64,000 nucleotides of DNA from Lama guanicoe (GCA_013239625.1 MU053652.1:3585902-3649901), one strand, 5' to 3'. Shown: positions 26,376 through 40,909, numbered from the stretch's first letter. Made by a program: numbers and translations. The notes: generated by a model from the sequence alone, not told the origin.

Positions 26376-27224
26376 CTCTCTTTGTTTGCTTTATAGGAAG
26401 ATTTTTCCTAACTTTTCTTTTCTAGCTCAGACTTTTTTGCCCTGCTCTTGGCCTATATTTCCAACAGCCCCCGGGATGTTTCCATTTGGATGTCCTGTTG
26501 TCACCACAAACTCCATATGACCAAAGGTCACTTCTTGTGTTCCAGCAGTGTCATCGGAATTGTCCCAGTCACTCGGGCTGGAAACCTGAGTCATCTTTGA
26601 TGTTTGGTAACTGTCTCTCTCAACTGTCAGTCGGCCCCCAGACCCTGTTGTCTCCTCCTTCCTGCATCTCTCACAGCCCCACCTGTTTCCTTCCCACATG
26701 TACCACCCTCCCCTGGCCCAGGCCTTCTTGGCATCCTGTCTAAACTGCTGTCCAGGATGGCTCTGCCTCCAGACCTTACCAGGTCTAACCCATCTTGCAC
26801 ACATTCCTGCCGGATGAATCACTCCAAAATGTTGCTTGTACCAAGCCACCGTCATTCTCAAAATTCTTCAACAACTCCCCATTAGGCAATGGGACTAGGG
26901 CTTCCCCTGTTTAATTTCAACAACCTTTGTGAATTTAAATTCCATGAGAAGAGTCTGCTTTAGTCTCTGAATATACTTCCTGAACAAACCATTCTCAGCC
27001 TGGCCTCCATACTTGTGCCTTTCTCCCAGGAGCAGAATGCCCTTCCTTGGGTCCGTCTCCCTATCTAGATTGGACCTACCTTTCCAGACTCAGCTCTAAC
27101 CCCAACTTCACACCACCTCACATGATTTATTCAGCTCACTAGCTCTGAACTATGGCATTGACTGCCTACAATATGCACATTTATTTCTTGCTCATTTATC
27201 ATCTTGCAACATCTTTGCTCTACC

Positions 27225-28285
27225 ATAGTGATTAAGAATGTGAGCTCTGAAGGAGGGAAAAAAGAGCTCTGGAGCAGAATACTATGAGTTGAAATCCAGA
27301 CTTTGCCATTGATTAGCTGTGTGACCTTGAGTAAGTTACCTAACTTTTCTGTGCCTCCATCCATAAAATGAAGATCCTAATATGATTTACTTTATAGGGT
27401 TTGATGTGATGATTTAAATGACTTAATACACAAAAAGTACTTATAAACATAGAATTGTCATATAATCCACTTCTATTTCTAGGTATGTACCCAAAAGAAT
27501 TAAAACTAAGGACTCAAACAGACTCTTACACATTAACACCGATAGCAGGATTTTCACAATGATCAAAAGGTGGAAACAAACCAAATGTCCATCGACAGAT
27601 GAATGGATAAACAAAATATGGTATTACATACAATGGAATACTATTCAGCCTTAAAAAAGGACTGAAATTCTGACATATGCTATAACATGTTTGAACTTTA
27701 AAAAATTATGCTAAGTGAAAGTCATGGACACAAAAGGATAAATATTGTATGACTCCTCTTACGTGAGGTACCTAGAATAGGCAAATCAAAAGACAGAAAA
27801 GTAGAATAGAGGTTACTAGGGAGGAGAGATGGGGAATTACTGTTTAGCGGGCACAGCATTTCTGCTTGGGATGATGACAAGCTTCCGGAAATGAATAGTG
27901 GTGACAGTTGCACAACATTGTAACTGTACTGAATGCCTCTAAAGTGTAAACTTTAAAAAGGTTAAAATGGAAAATTTTATGTTATGTATATTTTACCACA
28001 ATTTAACTCTCCTCTCAAAAGTGCTTATAAAAATAAAATAAAATAAAATAAAATAAAATAAATAAAAAATAAAAAATAAATAAATAAAAATAAATAAATA
28101 AAAATAAATTTAAAAATAAAAAATATAAAAATTTTAAAAATTTTTTAAAATTAAAAAAATAAAAAAATTAAAATAAAAAAATTAAAAAAAGAAAAAAAGA
28201 AAAAAAGAAAAAAAAGAAAAGAAAAAAAAAGTTCTTAGAACACTATTTGGCATATATAAGTGTTCAGTGGTTGTTCGCTATTATT
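27225..28285 (+). mobile_element. MIR interrupted by an old L1 3' fragment (~27448-28016) and a ~200-nt A-rich array (~28030-28230)
   Basis: MIR core at 27225-27447, MIR tail resuming at 28231; the insert carries L1 motifs (tggaaacaaaccaaatgtccatcgacagatgaatggataaac). Confidence 0.8.
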
Positions 28286-30026
28286 ACCACCTCTCACATT
28301 ACTGTCTTTCTTAAAACTTAATAGATGTCAAATGGAGGAGGTGGCAGCACTTTGGAGATCACTGTGGTCCAAGACTAGACTGCACGGATCCCAAAGTATG
28401 ATATTATCAGTGCATCTGGAGTTGACCAGGCTCAGGAAAATTGACTCGTTACATCAAATTCCCTGGAAACTGATCAACTCGATCTCCAAATGCACATTCT
28501 TGGAAAACCTCCTAGGAAAACAACCTATTGTCTGAAGATTCCTTACCATGTGGAATCAGAGGCTAAGGGTCAGGGGCTTTTAACCACTGGTGGCATTGGG
28601 GACTGGTGGCTTCGGGTTCCCTCATCCTCTGCAGGATGGCTTTTGCTGTCAGGTACACTGCTCAGGGCACCCACACCCTGAGGTTTGTCACTAGAAATCA
28701 CACTGACCAGTTTTTCAACTTCCTTTTTTTCCAAATCGTGGGTAGATTTCCCTACACCTGCACCCTGATAGGACATTCTGCTTTTAGCCAAGTTTCAAAA
28801 CCATTAACTCACTTATAAACCCTTTTAGTTCTGGATCTGACTGTACATACCTTTGAATAGTCTTGAGGGTTTCCAGCAACACACTTAACCCACTTCAAGA
28901 GAAACACTTTTGCACCTAGCAAGTGGGTTCATTTTCATGTCTGCAGGAGACTAACCATCTCCAAATTTCTGAGGATATCCCACAGGTAAACACTGCCTAC
29001 AATCTTCCTTTATCAGTTACAGCTCCTGCTATTACTTGGTGTATAATTTCATTCATTCATTCATCAAGCACTAATTGAGCACCTACCCTGGATCAGGCAT
29101 TGTGCGAGGTGTTGGAAATACAGTGGTGGGAAAAATGGACATCTGCCCTCCAGAGCAGACAATCTAGTGGACACAAGATGACCAGGGGGCAGTAAGATTG
29201 GCTTTGTAGGCAACATACGGATTTAAGACATCCAAACAAGTCCTCTCCGACAGTCACAACAGGAGATGATTCCCTCCTACCCGCCTCTAACAAAGCTGTC
29301 GCTGCTCAGAAGGTTTTATTTGTTTTTGTTTTGTTTTGTTTAGCTTTTCCCATGAAGTAGCTTTTAGAGCCTCTAGTGTAGCCTTTTGAATAACCTCCGT
29401 GGTGGCAAAGCTCTGAAGAGTGCAGCAGATCTGACTTTCAGAAAGAGTTAAAAGGCACTCAAAGTTAAGTCTGGCAAATAATTTGTGTGATATAGCTAGG
29501 TAATATCATTGTGGGTAGAAAAAGATTTTTTAATGTGACTCTCTGGAGACTGATTTTTGTCATGCTAAAAAACTGTTTTTGGAAGCAACAAGGAAACTGG
29601 AAAGCCAAGAATATTTGGAGCCACAATGGCATCACTGTTTAGCCATCCAAAGGTGAAAAGGGCGACACTTATTTGGATGTGAAGTTCCAGAGAATGGCTG
29701 GGTTTCTCACTCTATAACCAAACTTGAGAGCCTCTGGTTCTCTTTTTATATAAAAAGTATTCTCATTACATTATAGTTATGAACTCCCAGGAGAAGGAAG
29801 GGGCCATAGGCGGAATCTTCCCAGCCCCCATTCTATGTCGACCACATGGAGGACAGTTTAGTTCCAGGGTGAATGCCCAGCCTCAGGTGCTGATTCAAAT
29901 CCCCACTCAGTCCCTCACTAGCTGTGACCTAGGACAAATTGCTTGGCCTCTCTCTGCCTCAGAATCTCTACCTTGGGACCACCCTGTAACCACTGCATAA
30001 GGTGTGAAAATATAAGTGAGTTAGGA

Positions 30027-30157
30027 ATATATGTATGTATATGTATGACTGAACTATTATTCTGTATACCAGAAATTGACACAACTTATAAACTGACTAT
30101 ACTTCAATAAAAAAAATTTAATAAATTTTTTAAAAAGAGAAGAAAAAAAAAACGAAA
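30027..30157 (+). mobile_element. Short L1 3' tail inserted into a MIR
   Basis: L1 3'UTR end with AATAAA and A-tail, flanked by direct repeat TGAGTTAGGA (30017-30026 and 30158-30167). Confidence 0.8.
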
Positions 30158-31799
30158 TGAGTTAGGACACTGTAGAGCATTGAAAACACTGCCTGGCGCA
30201 CAGTCAGGCTGAGTAAGTGCATGAGTGATTTCTAATGACACTGTTTGCTCTTCAGGAGCAGGGACCAGGATTGCTTTTTTTGTCTCATGGTTCCTAGCAG
30301 GGAGCTATTGATACGGTACATGCTTAATAAAAACTTACTCTGCAATAAAGCCTGTTCGGTTAGTTCTCTGCTCAGCTGACAGCAGGGGTTGCTTGAAGCA
30401 GGGTGAGCCAGGGGTGGGGTGGGAGCAGAAAACAGAGGGCCCTCTATTTTAAGCATTTGCTTCAGCTGTTGCATGGGGACCATCCTATCACGATTTAAAA
30501 TAGAGCCCTCTGGGTGGCCAGAGCAGGCTCTCAAGGCCCACTGGGACCCAAGAGACCCATCGTGGCAGTGAGGCTGAACCTTACAGCCTGCCGGCCTGAC
30601 TGGCTGCTCCGAAGAAGAGTGGCTTTGTTTTGGGGTAAAGTGGTAGCTACCTGACACAGTGGGAGCTGCCAGGGCCGGTGCTGGAAGTAAGGCTGTGGTT
30701 CCCAGAGGACCGTAACGCCTCCGAGGCCTCTCCATCACCCGGGAGGGCCTCTGGATCCCTCACCAGCTGGCTTCTCACTGGCTTGATTGTATTTTTAGAC
30801 ACTTGTGGTAGGTTGGATTATCTCCAGTCCTGAACACACTCCCAAGCCACAGCAGAACTTAACAGCAACCCAGGCCATGTCTGTCTCTTCCCCAGAAATG
30901 ACCAGAAAACAAAAACCATAAAGGTCATGGTAAAGGGTGGAAAGTGAAATGTCCAGGTGCCTCTTGGAGGTGGCAGGTCTTGAGCTGAGGTGACTGCCTG
31001 CTCTTCATGCTTGATCTGGCCCAACTGTACCCACACAGAGAGGTAGCCACACTCTCCCAAGCCTCTGCCCCTCACAGAGCTGACCCAGGCCTCTTCACAG
31101 TCCCAGGCCTCAGAGCAGCTGAATCCTTGCCCTTCCCGGCCTTCCTCTGCCCAGACTCCTCCTCCAGCCGGCCCTAGTCATGCAGCTCTCAAAACACAGG
31201 TGGCTTGTTAAAATCATGTGGGTGGCTTGTTAAAAAATCCAGATTCCTGGGCCTTTCATTAAACCCATTAAATTAGAGTCTCTGTGGTGGAGCCAGGCAT
31301 CTGAATTATTTAAACAAGGTTCCAGATGATCCTGATTCACACTAAACTCAGAGTCCGTGCCCTCATCAGTCATCTTCTCTTTGATCCTCACTTCCTTGTT
31401 TGATTGAAACTGGAAACCCCGAGGCTCAGGCTGGAGCCACACATAATTTCTGCCTCTCTAAAAAGTAAAGTTTTCTGTTTAAATTATGAAGACACTAGAT
31501 CTCCAACGGGAAGAATTTCCTATTTGCCTAGGGTTGGCACTTCCTGCCTCTCAGACTCTGATTTTTAAATATAAAATATGAGGATTATTAGCAAGGCTAC
31601 AGAGTCAGGAGACGTGGCCTGGTCTAGTTCATTTATGTAAGAGGTTGGGCAGCTATTCTAAGCACAGACACGATTCTGGGCGCTAGGGATACAGCACTGA
31701 ACAGGCCAGACTGGGTCCCTACCCTCATGAAGCTGACATTTTAGTGAGAGAGTCAATACATGAGCAAATAACTAAGATAATCTGAGACAATAATTGAAC

Positions 31800-33350
31800 C
31801 CGGTTGTTCTCAGGCACAAGTAACAGAAGATCCCAACTGAACCAGCTTAAATGACAGGGGTAGTTTCCTACCATACTGTATGGACTGAATTGGTCCCTGC
31901 CCCAGATTCATATGTTGAAGGCTTAACCCCTAGTACCTGAGAATGTGACTGTATTTGGAGACAGGGCTTTTAAAGAGGTGATTGAGTCAAAATGAAGTCT
32001 TTAGGAACTATCTTGTTTAAGTCACCATTATTTGAGTTTTCTGGTACATGTTGCCAGGCTAAATCCATACCTGATACACCAAGAATCAGCTGTGTTTGTT
32101 ACCTGTGGTGGCCATGAGAATGGCTTCTCACATCTTTGAATACAGGGAGCGTAACTGATCAAGGGACCCAGTTGCTGCATTCTGAAACCCATCACTGCAT
32201 TTGGGCCAAGGTCAAGGCCAAATTTCCCATGGGCTGCTAATGAATGAACACAGATGGGCTATTAAAACAGCCCCTCTCCTAGGAGATGGATGGAAGATGG
32301 GTAACTTTGGCTGGAGGACTCCCCAGTGGCATCGCAAAACTTTCCTTTGAATTGCACTGCAGTCTAAGATACTTCCACCCAACTTCCTTTCTTCCCTCTC
32401 TTCTTCACTCAGGGTTCGACTTGCAGCATGGTCTGATGGTTCTCCTAGGCTCATCTGACACCCTCTTCATTTTCCCTAACAGATAATTTCCCTAATAAGT
32501 GTCTTGTGTATTTAATCCCATCTTGGTTTCAGCTTCTCTGAAGACTCGGACTAACACGTTCCCAAACCTGTGTATACCTTTTATACTTGTTATTATAATC
32601 ACATAATTGAATAAAGTATAACTAAACAACAACAACAAAATGAGGTTCTTAGGGTGGGCCCTGATGACTGGCATCCATATAAAAAAAGGAGATTAGGACA
32701 CAGACAAGTGCAGAGGGAAGACCATGGAAAGAAACAGGGAGGAGACACCATCTGTAAGTCAAGGGAGAGGATTCAGAAGGAACCAACCCTGGTGACACTT
32801 TGATCTCAGACGTCTAGCCTCCAGAACTGTGAAAAAAATAAATGTCTGTTGTTTAAGTCACCCAGTCTGTGGTTTGTTGTTGCGGCAGCCCCGACAGAAT
32901 AATACAGCTGCCCAACAAGAACTCCTGAGGTCAGACCACTCCAGGCTTGAGAAACTCAGGGACTCAGTGGCTTCATCTCTTTCATTCCTCTCATCCTTCT
33001 GCTCTGCCATCCTCTGCCTAGCCCTCAGTTCCTCATATGGTTGTAAGTTGGCTGTTAAAGTTCCGGGAATCATACTCAGACAGGACAACACTCCCTGGAA
33101 TGAAAGAGGGGTTGTTCCATGCTAGGTATCTCCTTTTCAGAAAAAATAAAGCTTTTTCCAGCAGCCTCCTAAGAGAGTCCCCTCACATTTCATTGGCTGG
33201 AATGTCATCACTGCCCAATCCCAACCCAAGCACTGGCAAAGGGGCTGGGAGCACCATAACACGCTTAGATTAATTAGGATTCACTTCTGAGATGAGCTGG
33301 GGGTAGGAATCACCATCTGAACAAAATCAAAGTTTTCTGGGCAGGACAGA
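31800..33350. mobile_element. Cluster of nested MaLR (MLT1) and LTR16-like LTR remnants
   Basis: MLT1 5' part at 31877-32005 (tgtatggactgaattg...gtgactgtatttggagacaggg) continues at ~32640-32906; LTR16-like segment at ~32104-32556 ends gactcggactaaca. Confidence 0.7.
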
Positions 33351-34544
33351 GGGAGAATGGGCTTTGGGGAGGCAGCCAAAGATGCCTGCTGTGGATTACT
33401 CTGCAGAAAATAAGAGCAGATTGATGTGATAAAGAGTGAGGAAGGTGGGGTGAAGATGACAGGGTTAGACCGGGAGATCGGGGATGGCTTGTCTGAGAAG
33501 GTGATGTTTCAGCTGAACCCCGATTGACAGGAAGGAGCCAGCAAGCAAAAACTGGGGCTCAAAGCATTCCAGGCAGTGGAAGTGCAAAGGCCCAGGGGTG
33601 GAAACAAGTATGAGAAAGAAGTAGAACTGCACTACCTCTAACAAGACCTTCCCTTCCCTCCTCTCCTCTCCCTTTCTTCCTTTCCTCCCCCTCTGCCTCA
33701 GTCTACTTACCTGCAAAAGGGGCTTAATGAGGATTGTCAGTCACCTCCATGTGCCTGAACCATCATCAGGGCGGATACCAGTCTGACTCTGCCACAATGA
33801 TGTCACAAGAGCAGAAAGCCCTGGAACAATCAAGCAGGCATTCTCTTTCAGGAAGGATGGGAAAACTCCAAACGGTACCCTTTCCAAGGGTCCCAGTGAG
33901 CAAGCACCTTGGTATTTCCAGCTTTCCTACTAGGGGAGAATTTACAGAGTTTGAAGAAGAAAATGCCATATGTCTTGGGTACTTTGAGAAATGTGTGCAG
34001 GTCCTCCAGGAAGATAAATTTCACATGCCAGCTGCTCACCCCTCCATCTCATTCACGTCACTTCTGCCTGGGCAGGGGGTCGGAGAGAGTGTGGGGAGCA
34101 GACCCCAGTCTCTCAGAACTCAGGAGTGTGAATTCAGCATCAGGGAAAAGGTGTGGCGTCACCAGATGTCAGGTTGGAAGGGATGTCAGCGGTCATCTGT
34201 CTGACTGCTTCATCTACTATTTTTCTTTTTTCACTTAAAAATGTCTTTACATTCTCATTCTTAAAAAGTGAGCATAAAGCAGTCATCAATAGAGTACAAA
34301 AAAATGGTAAAGTCCCATTGGCATGTTGATACAACTACTTTGGCAACCTTACCCCATCAAGCTGGACATGTCCATAGCCAGTGGCCCAGCAATCCCACTC
34401 CTGGTTAGGTACCCAGAGAAACTCATGTGCCTTAGAGAGATGACTGTGTCCCAGGCTCTTCAAATGCATTTAAACCCATTACCTGTGTTCAAGGAGTTTT
34501 CAGTCTAGCAATGACAAATGAAAAGCAGGTCATTACATGGTTTT

Positions 34545-34862
34545 AGAAACATATGAGACTCACAGACATAGAAAACAAACGATTACCAGGGGAAAGGCCG
34601 TGGGAAGGGATAAACTGGGAGTTCAAGATTTGCTGATACTAACTACTGTGTATAAAATAGATAAACAACAAGTTTACACTGTATAGCACAAGAAACTATA
34701 TTCAATATCTTGTAGTAACCTATAATAAAAAAGAATATGAACATGAATATATATATGTATATATATGATTGAAACACCATGCTGTACACAAGAAATCGAC
34801 ACATTGTAAACTGTACTACAATCAAAAAGAAACAAAAAATAAATTTAAAAAAAGTCAAAAAA
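34545..34862 (+). mobile_element. L1 3'UTR fragment with A-tail
   Basis: Similar to the 700-1016 segment (gggataaactgggagttcaagatttg...gtatagcaca). Confidence 0.85.
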
Positions 34863-35304
34863 ATTATAAGGATTTAGTTAACTAAAAGGAAAGAAAGAAA
34901 TACAGATATGCAGAGATAACAAAATTCTAAAATAGAACATGATAGGTCAAAATATGAGAGCCCAAGTATTTGCATCTCTGCTCTTCTCCCAGTCTCAACC
35001 TAAGAGCCTGAGTGCTAGGAACTGAATGTTTGTGTTCACCCCAAATCCGTATGTTGAAGACCTAACCCCAATCAGTCATATCTCTATGGGAATCTTGACA
35101 TCCAGGGGGGTGGAAATCTGTCCCGTCGCCTTGCTCACTTTGCTGAGTCGAGGGTGGTCTGCAGTGAGAATACATAGGTTCAGATCGGCTTTCGCACTCA
35201 CTGTATGTAGTGGGCAATCCACTTTCCTCTAAAAAAATTAGAATAAATAACACCTGTACTGTCTTTTTCATAGAATTCCTATGAAAATTAAATATGGAAA
35301 CATT

Positions 35305-35484
35305 AGGGTTTTTTTAATTCTTACATTATATTGAAGTCTAGTCAGTTTACAATGTTAGTTTCAGGTGTGCAACAAAGAAATTCAGTTGTAAAATATACAT
35401 ACATATGTATTTTTTGAGTCTTTTTCATTACAATTCATTACAAGAAATTGAATGTAGTTCCCTGTGCCATACATTAGGTCATTG
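35305..35484 (-). mobile_element. Short L1 3' end with a perfect 16-bp target-site duplication
   Basis: TAAATATGGAAACATT at 35289-35304 and 35485-35500 flanks a minus-strand L1 tail. Confidence 0.85.
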
Positions 35485-36852
35485 TAAATATGGAAACATT
35501 TGTAAAAGCCCTTTGTAAAGTGTGTAAAATTCTATACAATGTGAGATATTATGATCATTATCTTTGGCACTGGCACTGGAATGCAAGGGTTCTGCAGATA
35601 GGTAAGGGGTTCTAAATAAATAAGATTGTATGGCTACCCTGTGTGACTTAGCTCCTGACTATGGATGGTCTGTCTGCTTTCTCAGCTTGCTGGTGGTCTA
35701 AAGTCATACCAACTTGGCAAGTGTTTGGCTGGAGCCTGAGAAAGACAGAGACAGAGAGATGAGGAGAATGAAGGACTGAAGCAGAGATAAATGGCAGACC
35801 TCACCTGTCTTCAGGGCTAGGATTTTCCAGGGTGGGTATCAGAGGACTGCCTTACCCTTCTTCATCCAATAAAAATGACTGTCAGAGTTTGAGTCTGAGT
35901 TCAGAGAGAGCTCATAGTGGTGAACTTTGAGATACTCATTTGAGAGTAATCCTAAGGTCACCTGACCTACTTGTAGACCGCATGGAATACGGGATGTGGA
36001 ACCTCCTCTCTCCTTCCCTGCACTCTAGCCACACTGAATTATCAGGAATTCATCTGATTCACACTATGCTCTCTAGGTTTTCATGCCGTTGTCTCCCTCC
36101 TGCCCTTTAACTGTGCTTATTCTTCTTCCCTGAGTACCTCTTCCCATGCCCCAAATCCTGCCTTAACTTGGCTAACTCAGCTGTTCTTAGGTCGCTGCTA
36201 AAGGGTCACCTCCTCCAGGAAGCCCTCCCTGAATTCCTCACTTTGGGTTAGGTGTCCAGACTGAGCAGCCACACATGTAGCAGGTATGAACTATTCAACA
36301 AGGAGGATGCCAATTAGGTTACTTTAAAAAAAAAAAGTTCTTGATGTTACTTAGAACCACCTCAAACCCACCCTCCTAGATTGGAGAGAAGTCTGATACC
36401 AATTGTTCCAGAGATGAATTCCACTCCCTTGGATCATCCCTCACTCAACCCTGGACTGCTTAGAAGGGGTCCCCCAGACTCCTAGTCCTCCAGCAGAAAG
36501 ATGCCCTGGTTGGCTTTGTTGCTTCATGTCCCATTCCTGGCCATCTCTCTGTCATTGGTGTTCCATGGAATCCTGCAGCCTCCTGTCTAGCTTAAGGATT
36601 TCCCTCACCAAGGCTGGCTTCCAGCTTCTCCACCACTCCCCTAAGCTCTGAGCCCTCTACCAATCCACAATTCTCTTCCTCGAGACTTTTCTGGAGTCTG
36701 GTTGCTGCACCTTTTGAACCCCTGAACCTCCCATCCTTTCCTTAGACAATAAAATCTAATCTCACTGATTATACAAATGACCCTCACCACCTCCAAGTAT
36801 CACCTTCTGGAGGTAAAGATTTCTCAGGAATCTGAATAGAGGCCTGCTTATC

Positions 36853-36906
36853 ATACTATACTATACTATACTATACTATACTATACTATACTATACTATA
36901 CTATAC
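36853..36906. repeat. (ATACT)n pentanucleotide microsatellite, ~11 units
   Basis: Direct reading of atactatactatact... Confidence 0.95.
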
Positions 36907-39384
36907 TTCATTCCCTCCTTAGGCATCCACAGCAGCAAAAGCTGATTCTTAACAGACTACTCTGCTTCATATATCACATATTTACATCATCCTAACCAAA
37001 AAAAAAGGAAAGAAAAAAAAGTTTCACCTGTACCTTGTATACGTTTCAGTCTCCCTAATAAATAGCTTTAGAGCTATCTTGAGGACAGATACCTCGTATT
37101 ACAAACCTTTGTATTCCCAAGATGAATGCTTAATAAACATTGGATGAATGAACGAATTGCCTGTGGAATTCAGAACTCTCTGTACAATATGGTACTTACT
37201 GGCCATGTTACAAGGCTTAAACACCAAGGTCTCTTTTTGGCATTCTCTTTTATCAACAGAGAGCTCCTGATTTTCAGAGCGTGATAGCAGCTCATCCTCC
37301 TAGACTGGGGACAAGTTTGTAGAAGGCAGAATGTCTGTGCTGGAATTTTCTATCCACATGGCCAAGTCTTTGCCAGCTTGTGAATATCAGTTCTATGACC
37401 CGTTGACATACTTGACCTTCCTGATTCCAGGTAGTTAATAGCCAAAGTGTTAATAACTTAGCAAATAACAGACTTGAGAAAATTTTCATGCAAGGAAACC
37501 ACTGGAAGATCATTCGTGTGCTTGGGCAGATTTTTTGTTTGTTCAGTTTTGTGTGTAAGTGTGTGTGGGGTGGCGGGGAGCTGCTTTGTTTTTGTTGTGC
37601 TTTGTTTTATTTTGGGCTTGCTCCATCAAAATCTTGGCTTCAGGGTGTTAAAACTGACCAAATAATAAACAACCAAATCAGTGCTGCCCTAGAAACCGAG
37701 GTGCCATGGGATGAAATGTTTCCACCTGTGCCGAAAATGAACCTTACTAGCACAAATGGCCAAGGCAAGTAGGGTTATATTCCATTCCAGAAGGCACATA
37801 GCCAAAGGAGGGCTTCTGGCACACTCTTCTTAGTATGCCTGACTCAAGATCTCCTTCCCTTCCCCTAAAAAAAGAGAAGGGCTTGAAAATGCACTTAGTT
37901 ATCTCAATAACAGACAAATTGTTATCCCTCAGTGAGGGAAATTTAATTCCAGTGATCTGTGTGTGGGAGCTCCAGGGATACCAATCAAAACCCAGCAGGG
38001 TTTGAGAGTGAGGTATCTAATAACCAACAAACACTTATTTCTCCAAAACAAGTCGTACCCAACACATTTAGAGATTTTTTTCTTTTCTTCCTGACTTAAT
38101 TACTGATCTGGTAGATAGCTGGAATGCAATGGGAAGCAAACCCTTGGACTGTAATCAGAAATATTCCCCTCTGGATGCTAAACCAGCCACGGTCAGGTTA
38201 GATGTGAGGTTGTTCTACCTGGATGACTGGCAGGGAGGAGCACCTGTGGGGGCTGCGAGTGGAGGCCCCCCTGCCCCGGGCAGGGGCAGCAGGAGAAGTC
38301 ATTGCGTGGTGGGGACACTGTGTATCTTCCACACACAGACTACAAAGGGGAGGCCACAGAGGAGAACAGGGAAGTGGGAAGAGGATGGGAACTAATATTG
38401 GTAGATTGAAGGCCTCTGCCACGGATTCCCTGAGGACTTCCTTAGATGACAAGGAAGTCCAGGAGAAAGATTCTCCACATAAGCCTGGGCAATGACCACC
38501 TGAGGTAGAATTCGAGAAAACAGCCTAGTGAAATAAAAAAGGAGGTAAAGGACTTCATCTAATCATTGATTAACAAAAAATTATTTAGCATTTGACTACA
38601 GCACTGACTGCGGGTACCAGGAATATATTTTAAGAGGGATCTGGTTTTCACCCTCACCGAGCTTCTAGCATCGTGAGAGAGCTGGACATCAGGCAATGAA
38701 TTCTACCAAGACAATCATGAACTTCGGCATTCCACAAGGATTCCAGCCTCCTGGTACCAACCGGGGCCTTGCCTCAGTCACTCTCTACGTGATCTCCAGC
38801 TACAGCCAAAGACAGATTCAGCTCAGACACAACGTTCTGAAGATCTCAGAGAACATCTCTCTCTTCTCTCAACGTCCCAGGGAGGCAAACTGTTGTTAAT
38901 GAACAAAATGAAGTTCATTGCGGGGAAGAGGGGAGGTCAATATCATTGCTGGGGGCTGTACAACCTCTCTGAAAATCAAGACTCTTACACAGTTCTGCCC
39001 AGGAGTTCCTCTTTATTTGAAATATAATCTAAGAGAGTCTTAAAAATTAGTTGTACACACAAGGATGCAGCATTAATTACAACAAAAAAGAGATGCAGCG
39101 AGTGTCCATAAACCTATCAACAGTTAAACACATCCATAGGATGGAATAGTTTGCAACAGCTAAAAACAACAATATGAGCATGTGCTCATGGCCTAGTAGA
39201 TGAAAAAAGTTGATACAAACTCATATAGACTATATACTTCAACTATGTAGAAAATGTGAACTTAAAAATGAAAATATGCCAAATATTAAGGAAGCTTTCT
39301 TGGGGAGGTGAGGTCACGGATGACTGTTATTTTCTTAACGTGTTGTAAGTTTTCCCCACTGGGAAGAAATTACCTTTTAAAAAT

Positions 39385-39552
39385 GTTTTTTACTGAAGTA
39401 TAGTCAGTTTACAATGGTATGTCAGTTTCTGGTGTACAGGCAATGCTTCAGTCATACATATACGTACATATACTCCTTTTCATACTTTTTCATCATAGTG
39501 ACTAGAAGATATTGACTATAGTTGCCTGTGCTACACGGTATAATCTCGTTGC
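39385..39552 (-). mobile_element. Short L1 3' end
   Basis: tttttactgaagtatagtcagtttacaat... is the reverse complement of the L1 tail seen elsewhere in this window. Confidence 0.8.
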
Positions 39553-40909
39553 TAGAAATCACTTTTAAAATAAGAAAAATGTTATTACAAATGAAAAAGA
39601 ATGATTTCAGGCCTATAAGCAGCTGTGGTTAAATTTTGAATTCTACGTTTTTCTTCCGTTTTCTTCCCTCTTCTTTTTATTTCCATTTGAGGAACTACGG
39701 GCCTGTAAGGTAGGGGTGAACATTTGGTTCAATAGACTTTGAGGGGCCTCCTGGCACCGGAAAAGAGCTGCTCCCCTAGGCTTGCCTGCCCTCCCAGGGA
39801 GGTGTGTGGGTGACCTCACACACCACATGGGCTGGGCAGCTGGCTTCCTTTAGGCCTCAGGAGGAAGCAAATGGCTCCAAGACTAGTGGGGACCTGGGGA
39901 GGGAGCTGAGGCAGGGCAATGAAGGGTCTGGGGTGGGGAGCAGCAGGGAAGGCTTTGGGGACTTTGCAGGCCACCTTTCCTGTTCTCAAGACAGGCATGC
40001 CCAGCAGTTACTGACCGCGCTCCTTTTCCTCCCTTTCAAGATAGGGGAGGAATATTTGTGCATCTGGGGGTAACCTAGAAGTCAAGGATGTAACAAGAGA
40101 ACCATCACGAAGGATAGATAAATCCTGGCTGAGTCTGGGCTGGGCCAAGTGTTGTACCCAACTGGTAATCAGTGACAACTGGTCACCAGCCTGGTTGGTA
40201 GGAAGAGGCCAGGCTGGTGGTTCTGAGACCCTTAGGGTGTTTCAGAACCTCCTGGGTGAAGGATGTAGGAGGTCTACCAGCTGTTTATGCACTGGTCAAA
40301 AATCTTGGGTGAGAAGATAGTTTAGACAATGTTGTAGGTCCTGGGATCCTTCCACAGTGCAAGAGGGTCTTCTGTCTTTATTCAGTGCCAACAAATACCA
40401 GAAAGTTTCCTATCCAGGAGTTCAAAATTCAAGCAGCCCACGGATGAACAGGGCAGCAAACAAAGTCATAGGCAACAACTGAGGGAAGGAGGAGGAAGGT
40501 GAGGACTGGCGCCTCTCCAGGGAGAAGGGATAATTTATTTGGAGGCTGGAGGAAAAGGGAACTGGACTCAGGGGACCAGAAAGTCTTCCACTATCTTTAG
40601 GGGAGGCAGAGCCAGAACCTCCTCTATGTTATTCCTGCTACTCCTGAGAAAATGGAAATAATGAAGGAAAGGAAGAAAGATCTCTCAGGGGCTGGGGTGG
40701 AAAGGCCTGAGGGAAGACTCTGCCGTCCTGCTGTTCTTCCTCCAGCAAACCCTCGTTCTCCCTTGTCTCCCTTTTGCAAATGATCTCTCTACATAATCAG
40801 GTAAATTGGGTTTATTTCCCCAGAAGGGACCGCAGGAAGACAAAGGTTGTCTTCATTTTGTGTCATTGATTCTCTGATTTACTCAACAAATATTTTTCTG
40901 ATCTGCTTC

